Of a stretch of DNA of 64,000 nucleotides, positions 17,622-27,222 are shown one piece after another; the stretch's first letter is position 1, and each line of letters begins with the position of its first letter. Position numbers and translations under genes: made by a program. The stretch lies in the NCBI GenBank assembly GCA_050741915.1, contig JBOGEX010000126.1, forward strand, positions 10,668 through 74,667. Direction: 5' to 3'. This DNA is from Acidimicrobiia bacterium (GTDB lineage Bacteria; Actinomycetota; Acidimicrobiia; Spongiisociales; ZC4RG35). The notes beneath the pieces are model-generated. The model was not told where the DNA came from. It ran no database searches and saw only the letters and a list, made by a program, of their open reading frames with translations.

Positions 17622-18065
17622 ATGAGCATCGAATTCACTCTCCCCGATCAGGACGGCCGGCCTTTCTCGTCCAACGACCACAAGGGCCGAAAGTTGATCG
17701 TCTTCTTCTATCCGGCGGCGATGACGCCGGGCTGCACCGCCGAGGCCTGTGACTTTCGCGACAACTACCAGGCCTTGCAGAAGGCCGGTTACGACCTGGT
17801 CGGGATCAGTCCGGATGCCCCGGCGAAGAACGCTCGCTTCCGTGAGAAAGAGGGACTCAATTTTCCTCTTCTATCGGATACCGATCACAAAGTCGCCGGC
17901 CAGTTCGGCGCCTGGGGACCGAAGAAGCTGTACGGGAAGGATTCAGTCGGCCTCATCCGCTCGACGTTTGTCCTGGGAGGAAACGGCGAGTTGGAACGGG
18001 AGTATCGCAACGTCAAAGCCAAAGGCCACGTTGCCCGGTTGACAGCTGATCTCGGGGTGTCGTGA
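17622..18065 (+). CDS. bcp: Thiol peroxidase Bcp (peroxiredoxin Q)
   Basis: Peroxidatic cysteine context FYPAAMTPGCTAEACDFRD; 147 aa. Confidence 0.85.
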   Translation: MSIEFTLPDQDGRPFSSNDHKGRKLIVFFYPAAMTPGCTAEACDFRDNYQALQKAGYDLVGISPDAPAKNARFREKEGLNFPLLSDTDHKVAGQFGAWGPKKLYGKDSVGLIRSTFVLGGNGELEREYRNVKAKGHVARLTADLGVS

Positions 18066-19258
18066 TCGCACTGCTCCTTGCGACCCTGTTGCTGGCAACC
18101 GAGCCCGGCGGTCCCGATATTTCCCCGATCGTCGACGAACTCGAACTGCGTCGGTTTTACCTCGAGGAGGGCATAGACGCGTCGGTGGACGAGCTCGAAA
18201 GGCTCGTGGACCGCTTCGATGACATCTACTTCGTTGCCCTCGAGAGCGAAAGTGATGCTGACGCACTCGCCGATGACCTCCTCGACCGGTTTGGTAGCGG
18301 CACCGTCGTCGTGTTGACCCCGAGCGAGATCGGGGCGGTGAGCACCGTTTACGACGACGACCAAATCGATGCCGCCCTCGACGAGACCGTCGGTAGCAGC
18401 GGCAGTACCTACCTCGAGGACTTCAGCGAGTTCGCCGGCGCCTTGACCGGAGTCGTCGATAGCTCGAGTGAAGGCGGGGGGTTCAGCCTGGTACCGGTGC
18501 TGGTCGTCGTCGGCATCGTCGGGTTGGTCGGGTTCTTTATCTGGCGGGGGAGTGCCGAGAGAAAGCAAGCAAAAGAGAAGCTTTTCGCAGAAGCGCGCGA
18601 AGAGATCCGCCAGCAGATGGACGTGATCGCTAACGAGATCGTCGACCTGGCCGACGACCCGCGAGTGGCGAGCAACGAAACCGCCACCAATCACTACCGG
18701 CAGGCCTCGGAAACCTTTCGTCAGGCTGAGTCGCGGCTCGCGGCTGCATCGACTCTCGATCAACTCGAAGATCTATCCGACGACCTTGACCGAGCCCGCT
18801 GGCAACTCGACGCCAGCAACGCCCTGGTTGAAGGGCGACCATTACCTCCCGAGCCAACCGAAGTCGCCCCTCCTCATTGTTTCTTCGATCCCACCCACGG
18901 CACCGGCCGGGTCGAGGCCGAGATCCAAACGCCGGCCGGGGCAAGGAAGGTGATGGTTTGCGAGGCCGACGCCGAGAAACTTCGCCGGGGCCAATCCCCT
19001 GACGCCCGCCAGATTCCCTATGACAGCCAGCCGGTGCCCGCCCCTCGCGCTCCCCGTACCCATGGTGGTTTGGGGATGGACTGGCTCGAGGTTTTCTCCA
19101 TCATCGTGGGCGGCATGGGAAGCGGTCTTCCCTACGACTGGTCCGGCGGACCCCGAACGAGGGGCCGGGGGCGCGGAGGAATCCCGTTCCCCAGTGTCAG
19201 CCGCGGTCGCGGGAGCGCTGCCCGCGGTTCTCGCAGCCAAGGCCGTCGTACCCGCTGA
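18062..19258 (+). CDS. Membrane-anchored hypothetical protein (coiled-coil; upstream partner of pspA)
   Basis: GTG start overlaps the bcp stop. Signal-like N-terminus, a central TM helix (VPVLVVVGIVGLVGFFIW), then a coiled-coil region; C-terminus Arg/Gly-rich. No family assigned. Confidence 0.45.
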   Translation: MIALLLATLLLATEPGGPDISPIVDELELRRFYLEEGIDASVDELERLVDRFDDIYFVALESESDADALADDLLDRFGSGTVVVLTPSEIGAVSTVYDDDQIDAALDETVGSSGSTYLEDFSEFAGALTGVVDSSSEGGGFSLVPVLVVVGIVGLVGFFIWRGSAERKQAKEKLFAEAREEIRQQMDVIANEIVDLADDPRVASNETATNHYRQASETFRQAESRLAAASTLDQLEDLSDDLDRARWQLDASNALVEGRPLPPEPTEVAPPHCFFDPTHGTGRVEAEIQTPAGARKVMVCEADAEKLRRGQSPDARQIPYDSQPVPAPRAPRTHGGLGMDWLEVFSIIVGGMGSGLPYDWSGGPRTRGRGRGGIPFPSVSRGRGSAARGSRSQGRRTR

Positions 19259-19304
19259 CGCCCGACACCGGTATCCTCGCCGACCGGAAACGAAAGGGCG
19301 AGAA

Positions 19305-20018
19305 TTGCTGCGGCGCATTTGGAACTATCTGCGAACCCTGTTTGGAATGGCAGCGGAGCGGGCCATGGATCCATCAGTCGAGATCGAGCAAGCGATCAAC
19401 GAGGCCAAGCGACGAGACCAGGAGCTGCGCAACCAGGCCGCCAAAGTGATAGCTCACCGCACCCAGATCGAAGCCAAGATCGAAGATTCTGCGAAGGATG
19501 TCGGCGAGGCGCGGGAGATCGCCAAGCAGGCCCTGCTCAAGGCCGAGGCGGCGAAAAACTCCGGGGATACCGCCGCTCAGACCAAATGGACCAATGCCGC
19601 CCAATCCGTCGCTCTCAAGCTGCAGGCCGCCGAATCGAACTTGGAAGGCTTCAAAGAGCAGTACGAGATCGCCATCACCCAGGCCGACTCCGCCAAGAGC
19701 GCCGTCACCCAGAACGCCATGCGGCTCCAAGAGCTGGCCGCCAAGCGGATGCAGCTCGTAGGTCAGTTGGAACAAGCCCGCATGCAAGAGGCAGTCAACC
19801 GGGCAGTAGAAACGATTTCGGTCTCGATGGAAGCCAACGCTCCCAGCCTGGACAAGGTCGAGGAGAAGATCCAGCGCCGTCTGTCAGAAGCTCAGGCCCG
19901 GGCGGAGCTGCGGGAAGCCACACCGGAAGGTGCCGAAAGCGAATTGCGTGAGGCCGTGTCAATGGCTCAGGCCGACGCTCGTCTCGAGGAGTTGAAGAAG
20001 GAGCTCGGCCTCGCTTGA
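19305..20018 (+). CDS. pspA: PspA/IM30 family protein (phage-shock protein A)
   Basis: LRRIWNYLRTLFGMAAERAMDPSVEIEQAINEAKRRDQELRNQAAKVIAHRTQIEAKI..., long coiled coil. Start assigned to TTG 19305, preceded by AAAGGGCGAGAA. The ORF-track start at 19020 adds a low-complexity extension that overlaps the upstream gene. Confidence 0.8.
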   Translation: MLRRIWNYLRTLFGMAAERAMDPSVEIEQAINEAKRRDQELRNQAAKVIAHRTQIEAKIEDSAKDVGEAREIAKQALLKAEAAKNSGDTAAQTKWTNAAQSVALKLQAAESNLEGFKEQYEIAITQADSAKSAVTQNAMRLQELAAKRMQLVGQLEQARMQEAVNRAVETISVSMEANAPSLDKVEEKIQRRLSEAQARAELREATPEGAESELREAVSMAQADARLEELKKELGLA

Positions 20019-20100
20019 GACTCACTTAGAGGAAGAGGCACAGGCCGAAGAGACCGAGAAGCGTCTCAAGGCCTCGGCCCTCATTGGGCCTCTCGCCGGT

Positions 20101-22182
20101 GTGGGGGCCCTGGCGACCGTTTTGCTCGGCTACCTGGGGACTCTGCCCGAGACAATCGAACCCGAAGTAGGCCGGGTCGTCTTCGGAAACATCCCCGGTT
20201 GGCTCCAGGCAGTCTTCTATGTCACCACCGCGGCATTCATCGCTCTAACCGGGGCGCTCTTTTTCCTCCGCGCCCAGTCGTGGGAGCGGGGAGCGCGCGA
20301 TCCGCGGAGCGGTCGCTGGGGCGAGCGAGTCCGCCAGCTCTTCCGCGGCCTCTCGATGCAAACCCTGCTGCGGGATCGGGCCGCCGGGTTGATGCACTCG
20401 ATGATCTACTTCGGATTTCTGATTCTTTTCGCCGGCACGGTAACTCTTGAGATCGACCATCTCCTGCCCAACAACCTCAAGTTCCTGGAAGGCGGGGTCT
20501 ATCTCGGGTACTCATTGATCCTCGACCTCACCTCGCTCATATTCCTGGGCGGTCTGGCTTGGGCGTTCTTCCGTCGCTATGTGCAGCGACCCTGGCGACT
20601 GCGATCGAAAACCAAGCCCGAGGATGCCTGGAATCTCCTGACCCTGGCCGCGCTTGGCATTACAGGCCTCACCACCGAGGCTGCTCGCATCGCCCTATCC
20701 GGGCGACCGAGCTTCGAACGGTGGTCGGTCGTCGGCTATTCGCTTTCGCTCTTGGTCCCCGAAGCGAGCGCCGGCACGGTTCATCTCACCTCATGGATCG
20801 TGCATGCGGCGGCCTTCCTGGCCTTTCTCGTGATCCTGCCCATGACCAAGCTCCGGCACATGCTGACGAGCCCGACCAACATGTTCCTCTCGCCCCACGG
20901 AAGGCCCAAGGGGGCGATGCGCCCGGTCGTAAACCTGGCCAAGGTCGAGGACATCGACACGATCGGCGCCTCGGTGGTCAGTGATTTCACGTGGAAGCAG
21001 CTCTTCGACACCGATGCCTGCACGATTTGTGGTCGATGCACATCCGTCTGCCCCGCCAATATCACCGGCAAACCACTCGATCCCCGGGAGATGGTGCTCA
21101 AAGTTGGCGAGGTGGCGGCAGTCACGGCCGGGGTATCGCCGCCGGTGAGCCTCGCCGAGGGGATCGAGATCAGCGGTGAAAGCGTCATGCAGCGAGTCCA
21201 GCCCGAAGAGGTGTGGGCGTGCACCACCTGTCGAGCCTGCGATGAGATCTGCCCCGTCAACATCGAAATTCTTGACCGCATCCTCGACATCCGCCGCTAT
21301 CTCACGATGATGGAATCTTCGTTTCCACCGGAGCTCTCCAAAGCATTCGTGGCGATGGAGAACCAGGGCAATCCCTGGGGCATGAGCAAGGAACGTCGCG
21401 CGGCCTGGACCGAAGCGCTCGACTTCAAGGTTCCAGTCCTGGGGGAGGACGCCGACCGCGCGGAGTATCTGTGGTTCGTCGGTTGCGCAGGCTCCTTTGA
21501 TGATCGCAACACGGCAGTGTCGATCGCCCTCGCCAGGCTTTTGCACGAAGCGGAGATCGACTTCGCCATCCTCGGCCCGGCCGAGACCTGCAACGGCGAT
21601 CCCGCTCGCCGAGCAGGCAATGAGTACCTCTGGCAGCAACTCGCCACGCAGAACATCGAGACATTTGCCGCCCGCGGGGTGCAGAAGATCATCACCCAGT
21701 GCCCGCACTGCTTCAACACGCTTGCCAACGAGTACCCGCAGTTGGGCGGGGAGTACGAGGTGGTTCATCACTCACAGCTTCTGGCAGACCTGTTGACTCG
21801 GCGGAAGATCACTGTCAATGGCACCGGCTCGGGACGGAAGACCACCTATCACGATCCTTGCTACCTCGGCCGCCACAACGACATCTACTTGGCGCCACGG
21901 GAGGTGGCCGCCGCGACCGGAGCGGAACTGGTCGAGATGCGGCGCCACGGAACCAGGGCCCTTTGTTGTGGCGCCGGTGGAGCACGTTTCTGGATGGAGG
22001 AGCACACCGGCAAGAAGGTCAACATTGAAAGGGCGGAGGAGGCCCTCCAGACCGGAGCGAGCGAAGTGGCGGTCTCCTGCCCCTTCTGCTACGTAATGCT
22101 CGACGACGGCATCAAAGAGCTCGGGAGAGGCGGCGACGTTTCGGTGCGGGACCTGGCCATGATGCTGGCTGATCCCCGATAG
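20101..22182 (+). CDS. Membrane-bound (Fe-S)-binding oxidoreductase: NarI-like TM domain, 2x[4Fe-4S] ferredoxin domain and two CCG cysteine-rich domains (HdrD/GlpC-like)
   Basis: N-terminal polytopic region. Ferredoxin-like motifs CTICGRCTSVCP and CTTCRACDEICP. C-terminal CCG domains (CAGSFDD..., CPHCFNT..., CCGAGGA..., CPFCYVML). Confidence 0.75.
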   Translation: MGALATVLLGYLGTLPETIEPEVGRVVFGNIPGWLQAVFYVTTAAFIALTGALFFLRAQSWERGARDPRSGRWGERVRQLFRGLSMQTLLRDRAAGLMHSMIYFGFLILFAGTVTLEIDHLLPNNLKFLEGGVYLGYSLILDLTSLIFLGGLAWAFFRRYVQRPWRLRSKTKPEDAWNLLTLAALGITGLTTEAARIALSGRPSFERWSVVGYSLSLLVPEASAGTVHLTSWIVHAAAFLAFLVILPMTKLRHMLTSPTNMFLSPHGRPKGAMRPVVNLAKVEDIDTIGASVVSDFTWKQLFDTDACTICGRCTSVCPANITGKPLDPREMVLKVGEVAAVTAGVSPPVSLAEGIEISGESVMQRVQPEEVWACTTCRACDEICPVNIEILDRILDIRRYLTMMESSFPPELSKAFVAMENQGNPWGMSKERRAAWTEALDFKVPVLGEDADRAEYLWFVGCAGSFDDRNTAVSIALARLLHEAEIDFAILGPAETCNGDPARRAGNEYLWQQLATQNIETFAARGVQKIITQCPHCFNTLANEYPQLGGEYEVVHHSQLLADLLTRRKITVNGTGSGRKTTYHDPCYLGRHNDIYLAPREVAAATGAELVEMRRHGTRALCCGAGGARFWMEEHTGKKVNIERAEEALQTGASEVAVSCPFCYVMLDDGIKELGRGGDVSVRDLAMMLADPR

Positions 22183-22283
22183 CTCAGGGGCTAGTACCAA
22201 CGGCTCAATTGGTGAGTGGTCACCCGAAGTGCCTCAGGCCGCCACTTAGAGTGATCGGCAGTTGATCTGGGGAGGTAGGGGCA

Positions 22284-22520
22284 ATGACAAACATTCGTTC
22301 GTGCAACGGCGGGCATCACAACTACATGACGATGGGTAGTCGCAGCAAGTGTTCGCGGTGTGGTGCCGTCCAGGTTGATCTGACCGGTAACCGAGCCGCG
22401 GATGCCGTCGATCCGCAAAAGGTCTTTGGTGCCCGGCGTCCGACCCTGTTTTCGCTCAAGCTCGAGAAGGCTGAGCCAGGGGGCGAAGCCGGATTTGGAA
22501 AAGCGCGCCACCGGCGGTAA
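22284..22520 (+). CDS. Small Cys/His-containing (zinc-ribbon-like) protein, hypothetical
   Basis: 78-aa ORF with RBS GGGGAGGTAGGGG 6 nt upstream. Motif C-x3-HH-x11-C-x2-C (CNGGHH...CSRCG). Confidence 0.35.
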   Translation: MTNIRSCNGGHHNYMTMGSRSKCSRCGAVQVDLTGNRAADAVDPQKVFGARRPTLFSLKLEKAEPGGEAGFGKARHRR

Positions 22521-22529
22521 TCCAACCCA

Positions 22530-23039
22530 ATGCAACGGCTGGTCGGGGGAGCTCTTTTGCTAGGCGTCCTCGCTTGCACGGGTCCGGCTACGCAGGTGTC
22601 GACCATTCCAACCACGACTACGACCGCTCCACCCGCCACCGGGGCCGAGGCGGTCGCCATGTTCGGGGCTTGCATGAGCGCGGCTGGCTTCGATGTCCCA
22701 GAGATTGCGACTGATGATGAGGGCCGCCCCGACCTGAGCGCGCTGTCGGGAGCTTCCACCGACTCGGGTTTCAGACAGGCGGTCACTCTCTGTGCGGGTC
22801 CCCTGAGCGAGTTTCTCGGGCTCGAGGACTCACCTGGCCTGCAGGTGATGATTCGGGCTCAACTGCAGAGCTATGCCGGGTGCATGCGATCGAGCGGCGT
22901 CGAGAGCTTTCCCGATCCAGCGCCCGACTTTGACGGCACCTTTGCACCCTTCCCGCCCGAGCAGGTCCCAACCGACGACCCCGACTTTGCTCCGGCGGTA
23001 GAGGCTTGTGCGGCTGCTCTCGGGGCGAATGGGGAGTAG
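22530..23039 (+). CDS. Hypothetical lipoprotein
   Basis: Signal peptide with lipobox LLGVLAC, a Thr/Pro-rich linker, then a Cys-containing acidic domain. Confidence 0.45.
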   Translation: MQRLVGGALLLGVLACTGPATQVSTIPTTTTTAPPATGAEAVAMFGACMSAAGFDVPEIATDDEGRPDLSALSGASTDSGFRQAVTLCAGPLSEFLGLEDSPGLQVMIRAQLQSYAGCMRSSGVESFPDPAPDFDGTFAPFPPEQVPTDDPDFAPAVEACAAALGANGE

Positions 23040-23067
23040 CGGGGCACCCGCAGACGCTCGGGTTAAC

Positions 23068-23889
23068 TTGGCTGGCGTGCGCATCGGCTTTCAAGGCGAG
23101 GACTACTCATACTCCGACCAGACAGCCCAGGAGCTCTATCCGAACGACACCCGGCTGGGTTTCTCAACCTTTGTGGGAGCGTTCGACTCCCTTCAGGCCG
23201 GCGAGGTGGACTTGCTCGTCATGCCGATCGAAAACTCGACCACCGGCAGCGTCCTGGCCGTGTTGGATCGTCTGCTTCCCGGGCAAGTGAGAATCGTCCG
23301 CGAGCACCTGGTCGAGGTACGACATGTCCTGATCGGCCACCACGGCGCTTCGCTCGAGGACATCAGGGAGGTGCGGTCGCATCCCGAGGCGCTCGCCCAG
23401 GCCGAAGCGATCCTGACTCACTGGGGTTGGGAGCCAATTCCAGTCCACGACACGGCTGGTGCAGTGCGGATAGTTTCCGAATCGGGCGACTTGGCCAGCG
23501 CTGCCCTCGGGCCGGAGCGAGCGGCAGCCCCGTTCGGTCTCAGCGTGCTACTGCGTGACGTGATCGATCGTTCGCACAACACCACCCGCTTCGTGGTTCT
23601 CAGCTCCGGCGAGCCGGCTATCGCCGATGATGCCGACAAGACCACGGTCGCCTTTACGACTGCCCATACCCCTGGATCCCTTGCCCTCGCCCTCACCGAA
23701 CTGGGCCTGCGCGGCGCCAACCTCACCCGGATCGAATCCCGCCCCACCGATCAGGCCTGGCGCTATCGGATGTTCGTGGATTTGACCCATCTTCCCGGCC
23801 CCGAAGGTGTCAGGCGAATCTTCGAGCCCCGGCCCTCGAGCCTCGACGATCTCGAATTTCTAGGTACCTATCGATCGGTGGTTCGTTAG
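23068..23889 (+). CDS. pheA: Prephenate dehydratase
   Basis: PDT domain (RIGFQGEDYSYSDQ..., ESRP motif in TRIESRPT) plus a C-terminal ACT domain. Start set at in-frame TTG 23068 (or GTG 23077) rather than ATG 23008. Confidence 0.8.
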   Translation: MAGVRIGFQGEDYSYSDQTAQELYPNDTRLGFSTFVGAFDSLQAGEVDLLVMPIENSTTGSVLAVLDRLLPGQVRIVREHLVEVRHVLIGHHGASLEDIREVRSHPEALAQAEAILTHWGWEPIPVHDTAGAVRIVSESGDLASAALGPERAAAPFGLSVLLRDVIDRSHNTTRFVVLSSGEPAIADDADKTTVAFTTAHTPGSLALALTELGLRGANLTRIESRPTDQAWRYRMFVDLTHLPGPEGVRRIFEPRPSSLDDLEFLGTYRSVVR

Positions 23890-23926
23890 GACCGATACAC
23901 CAATCCTCGACATACGATGCCCGGAC

Positions 23927-24205
23927 ATGACGACCAAACCTCTCGAACGACCGGTCACTGATACCGATGTCGACGCCGATCTGCCGTGGCAGGTTGTGGT
24001 TTGGAATGATCCCGTCAATCTCATGGACTACGTGGTTTGGGTGTTCCGTCGGCTGTTTGGACACTCGGTCGAAGAGGCCACCCGGTTGATGCTGGCTGTG
24101 CACAACGAAGGTAAGGCGACGGTGTCCCAAGGCCCACGGGAGCAGGCCGAAATGGATGCCTATCGCCTCCATCAGCACGGGCTCTGGGCGACGATCGAAA
24201 AATGA
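23927..24205 (+). CDS. clpS: ATP-dependent Clp protease adaptor ClpS
   Basis: WQVVVWNDPVNLMDYVVWVFRRLFGHSVEEATRLMLAVHNEGKATV is a textbook ClpS core; 92 aa. Confidence 0.85.
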   Translation: MTTKPLERPVTDTDVDADLPWQVVVWNDPVNLMDYVVWVFRRLFGHSVEEATRLMLAVHNEGKATVSQGPREQAEMDAYRLHQHGLWATIEK

Positions 24206-24681
24206 TTCCGTTCCTGCCGGTGCGGGACGGGATATTGGTCACCCTCACTCCCGAGGACCTCGACCTGCTTTCCCAGCTACCCGAATTCCTGCAGAGCCTC
24301 GGCGGTCCTCTTACCGATCCGGCGGCTGCCCGCTTGCAGTCACCGGTATATCGAGAGGATCACGCCGCCTCGGCGGAGTGGTGGCGCCTCATGGACGATG
24401 AGTTCCGCGAGTCGCGGGCTGCCGATCGCTCCGCCTTCGAGCTGATACTCGAAGCTGCTACGGCGGGCACGGTCGCGTCGGTGGCAGAGTCGGAAGCGTT
24501 TATGCGCGTGCTCAACGAGGCGCGTCTGGCGCTAGCAGCGCGGCTGGGGGTGGAGGAAGAAGGGGACATGGAGCGCCTCGAGGAAGACGATCGCGGAGCT
24601 CTCGACTATCTGGCGGGGCTGCAGCAACTACTGGTCGTCGCCCTGATGGGCGAGGAGCTCGATTTCGAGGTCGAGCCTTAG
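24202..24681 (+). CDS. DUF2017-domain protein (conserved clpS neighbour in Actinobacteria)
   Basis: Acidic 159-aa protein translationally coupled to clpS (ATGA). Family assignment from context and composition. Confidence 0.55.
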   Translation: MIPFLPVRDGILVTLTPEDLDLLSQLPEFLQSLGGPLTDPAAARLQSPVYREDHAASAEWWRLMDDEFRESRAADRSAFELILEAATAGTVASVAESEAFMRVLNEARLALAARLGVEEEGDMERLEEDDRGALDYLAGLQQLLVVALMGEELDFEVEP

Positions 24682-25709
24682 GGAGCCGCGATCGGGACGC
24701 GCTCGCGGTGTTCGAGACGTCCGTCGGCGTGAATGGCGAATCTTCCCGCGCTCCGATCATGCACCGGTTCCGTGCTGGGCCACGGCCAACCTCCGAATTG
24801 GGTCTGGCGGTAGTCGATCATGGCTTGGGTGATCTCTTCGGGGGTGTTCATCACAAACGGGCCCATCTGGAACACCGGGGCGCCGATTGGCTGACCCTGG
24901 AGTAGAAGGAACTCGGCGGGCGCTCCATGGTTGGAGAGAGTGGTGATGACATCGGGACGGAGCCGCGCACCGGTGTCGGTAATGATTCGGTGCCCGCTCA
25001 CCGCGACGTCGGTGCCATCGAAGAAATGGAGCATGCGGTTGACCCCCGGCGGGGCGGCCGGCAGCTCCCAATTCGCTTGGGCCCCCAAGCGAATGAGCCA
25101 GATGGCCAAATCCGATGCGTCATGAGATGCCCAGGAGTCGGGAGGCGGAGCGGGAGCGCGATTGCCCTCGAAGCGGCCGGCGATGATGTCGACGCTGGTC
25201 TGACCATTCTCGGAGACGACGGTTGGGATCTCCTCGGACCAGAGCATGCGGAAGTATGGGGGGACCATCTTCGAAACAGGCGGCAGATTCAGCCAGATCT
25301 GAAAAAGTTCGAGCTCGTTGGCTCCCTCCAAATTGATGAGTGGAAACATCTCCGAGTGTTGAATGCCGCCTCCGGCAGTGAGCCACTGGGTGTCGCCTTG
25401 CCCGAAGCGGGCGGAGGCACCGAGGGAGTCGGAATGGTCGATGAACCCGCGGCGGACAACGGTGACGGTTTCAAATCCCCGGTGCGGGTGCTGGGGGAAG
25501 CCGGGCACCTGCCGGCCGTGGTACATGCTCCAGCCATCTCGATAGGAGAAGTCCGCCCCGATCGAGCGCCCATTGGTCCCCGGTTGTGGTCCCTGCATCT
25601 CGTTGCCGGCCGGGTAATGATCGAGGTGATGCACCGTGAAGATGAACGGATCGAGCCCGATCCAGGGCATCGAGAGGGGGATGAGGTCGAGAATGGGGCC
25701 GGTCTTCAT
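24678..25709 (-). CDS. Pirin-family (bicupin) protein
   Basis: Pirin N-terminal motif HPHRGFETVTVV; bicupin length (343 aa). Confidence 0.8.
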   Translation of the reverse strand: MKTGPILDLIPLSMPWIGLDPFIFTVHHLDHYPAGNEMQGPQPGTNGRSIGADFSYRDGWSMYHGRQVPGFPQHPHRGFETVTVVRRGFIDHSDSLGASARFGQGDTQWLTAGGGIQHSEMFPLINLEGANELELFQIWLNLPPVSKMVPPYFRMLWSEEIPTVVSENGQTSVDIIAGRFEGNRAPAPPPDSWASHDASDLAIWLIRLGAQANWELPAAPPGVNRMLHFFDGTDVAVSGHRIITDTGARLRPDVITTLSNHGAPAEFLLLQGQPIGAPVFQMGPFVMNTPEEITQAMIDYRQTQFGGWPWPSTEPVHDRSAGRFAIHADGRLEHRERVPIAAP

Positions 25710-26143
25710 TGCACGCAGAACCAGTTTCCTTCGGGGTCGAACATTTCAATCCAAGTCTCTCCCGCCATGCCGCTGGCCTCTCGCTTGTACGTCGCCCCGA
25801 ACGCTTCGAGCCGCATGCGCTCCTTGGCAAGTCGGCTCCGGCGCTCCTCGTTTGTGAGCTCTTCTCCGGCTCCGACCGAGTTGACGTCGATGTGGACTCT
25901 CTGGTTGGGTTGTCCGCCGTCATACCGCTCGAAGAAGAGCCGCGGTCCCCGGGCCTCCGGGTCGACGGCGGCGGAAACATCACCCCATTTGTCCTCCGGG
26001 ATCGAGAGCTCTCGAGCAAAGGCTTCCCACGTCGCGAAACCCGGCGGGGGCGGTTGGAGGACATAGTCGAGCGCCCCGGCCCAAAAGGTGGCCAGCTTCT
26101 CGGGATCCTCGCATGCGAAGACAACCTGAATTGAGTGCGCCAT
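25706..26143 (-). CDS. VOC (glyoxalase/bleomycin-resistance/dioxygenase) family protein
   Basis: Start assigned to ATG 26143 (MAHSIQVVFACEDPEKLATFWAGALDY...). The ORF-track start at 26278 adds an unlikely extension. Confidence 0.6.
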   Translation of the reverse strand: MAHSIQVVFACEDPEKLATFWAGALDYVLQPPPPGFATWEAFARELSIPEDKWGDVSAAVDPEARGPRLFFERYDGGQPNQRVHIDVNSVGAGEELTNEERRSRLAKERMRLEAFGATYKREASGMAGETWIEMFDPEGNWFCVQ

Positions 26144-26167
26144 GGGGGTTCTGCCTATCGTGAGATT

Positions 26168-27178
26168 ATGGACTTCGGGGTCGTACTGCAGCCCAACCCG
26201 CCCGCCCGTGAGGTTATTTCTCTCGCCGTCAATGCGGAGAAGTTCGGTTTCGATTACGTGTGGACCTTTGACTCGCACATCCTTTGGCAGGAACCCTTCG
26301 TCATCTACAGCCAGATTCTTGCTCAGACCAAGCGCCTGAAAGTCGGCCCGATGGTGACGAACCCAGGGACTCGCGACTGGACGGTGCTGGCGTCGCTCTT
26401 CGCCACATTGGGAGAGATGTACGGGCCCCGGCTGGTATGTGGCATGGGTCGGGGCGACTCAGCCCTCCGCTACATCGGCCGCACACCGACAACTCTCGAA
26501 ACTACGGCGGCGGCCACCAAAGTCATCAAGGACCTGGTAGCGGGGCGGGCGGTTGATTACAACGGCAAGGAGCTCTCGATCCCGTGGGTGGGCGCTGGCT
26601 TCGATCTGCCGGTGTGGATGGCTGCCTACGGTCCGAAGGCACTGGCCTCGGCGGGCGCCCACTACGACGGCTTCATCCTGCAGCTAGCCGATCCCCAGAT
26701 CGCGGAGTGGACGATCGGGGCCGTCCGGGCGGCGGCCACCGAGGCAGGGCGCGACCCGAACTCGCTGACGATCTGCGTCGCCGCTCCGGCCTACGTGGGA
26801 GAAGACCTCGGTCATCAGCGCGATCAAGTGCGATGGTTCGGCGGCATGGTCGGCAATCACGTCGCCGATCTCGTCAATCGATATGGGGTCACCTCGAGTG
26901 CTGTTCCTCGAGCATTGACCGATTACATAAAGGCCCGGGAGAGTTACGACTACTCACACCACGGCAAGGCCGGCAATCCCACTACCGAGTTCGTACCGGA
27001 CGACATCATCGACCGGTTCTGCCTGCTGGGCCGCGAGGAGGCCCACATCGGGCGCCTCGAGGAGCTTCGGGCTTTGGGGGTGGACCAGTTCGCCATCTAC
27101 CTGATGCACGACCAGATGGACGCCACCTTGGCGGCTTATGGAGACGCCGTCATCCCCGCCCTCCAAATGCAAACCTAA
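26168..27178 (+). CDS. LLM-class (luciferase-like) F420-dependent oxidoreductase
   Basis: MDFGVVLQPNPP... is the typical LLM N-terminus; TIM-barrel flavin/F420 family. Start at ATG 26168 rather than 26135. Confidence 0.75.
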   Translation: MDFGVVLQPNPPAREVISLAVNAEKFGFDYVWTFDSHILWQEPFVIYSQILAQTKRLKVGPMVTNPGTRDWTVLASLFATLGEMYGPRLVCGMGRGDSALRYIGRTPTTLETTAAATKVIKDLVAGRAVDYNGKELSIPWVGAGFDLPVWMAAYGPKALASAGAHYDGFILQLADPQIAEWTIGAVRAAATEAGRDPNSLTICVAAPAYVGEDLGHQRDQVRWFGGMVGNHVADLVNRYGVTSSAVPRALTDYIKARESYDYSHHGKAGNPTTEFVPDDIIDRFCLLGREEAHIGRLEELRALGVDQFAIYLMHDQMDATLAAYGDAVIPALQMQT

Positions 27179-27204
27179 TGCACTGCGCTGCGGTTTCCGC
27201 ATAA
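27176..27204 (+). repeat. Left inverted repeat (about 29 bp) bracketing the DUF559 gene
   Basis: TAATGCACTGCGCTGCGGTTTCCGCATAA overlaps the TAA stop of the upstream gene. Partner at 28213-28241 is TTATGCGGTTTCCGCAGCGCTGTGCATTA (27/29 complementary). The core TGCGG-TTT-CCGCA is itself a hairpin. Confidence 0.65.
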
Positions 27205-27222
27205 TCCTGCACGCGGAATCGT

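Noticed and set aside
19020-19304. 95-aa N-terminal extension of pspA
   Set aside because: It overlaps the upstream gene and lacks PspA similarity. The TTG at 19305 with the upstream AAAGGG gives a canonical PspA N-terminus.
20019-20100. Imperfect palindrome GGCCGA...GAGAC...GTCTC...TCGGCC after pspA
   Set aside because: This is probably just the pspA transcription terminator. It is not repeated elsewhere in the window.
20791-21771. Long antisense ORFs (for example 20791-21771 minus, 24927-26066 plus, 31940-32587 minus, 43156-43986 plus, 8665-9270 plus, 12606-13250 plus)
   Set aside because: They lie opposite confidently assigned genes and have Arg/Gly/Pro-rich low-complexity translations. 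These are high-GC frame artefacts.
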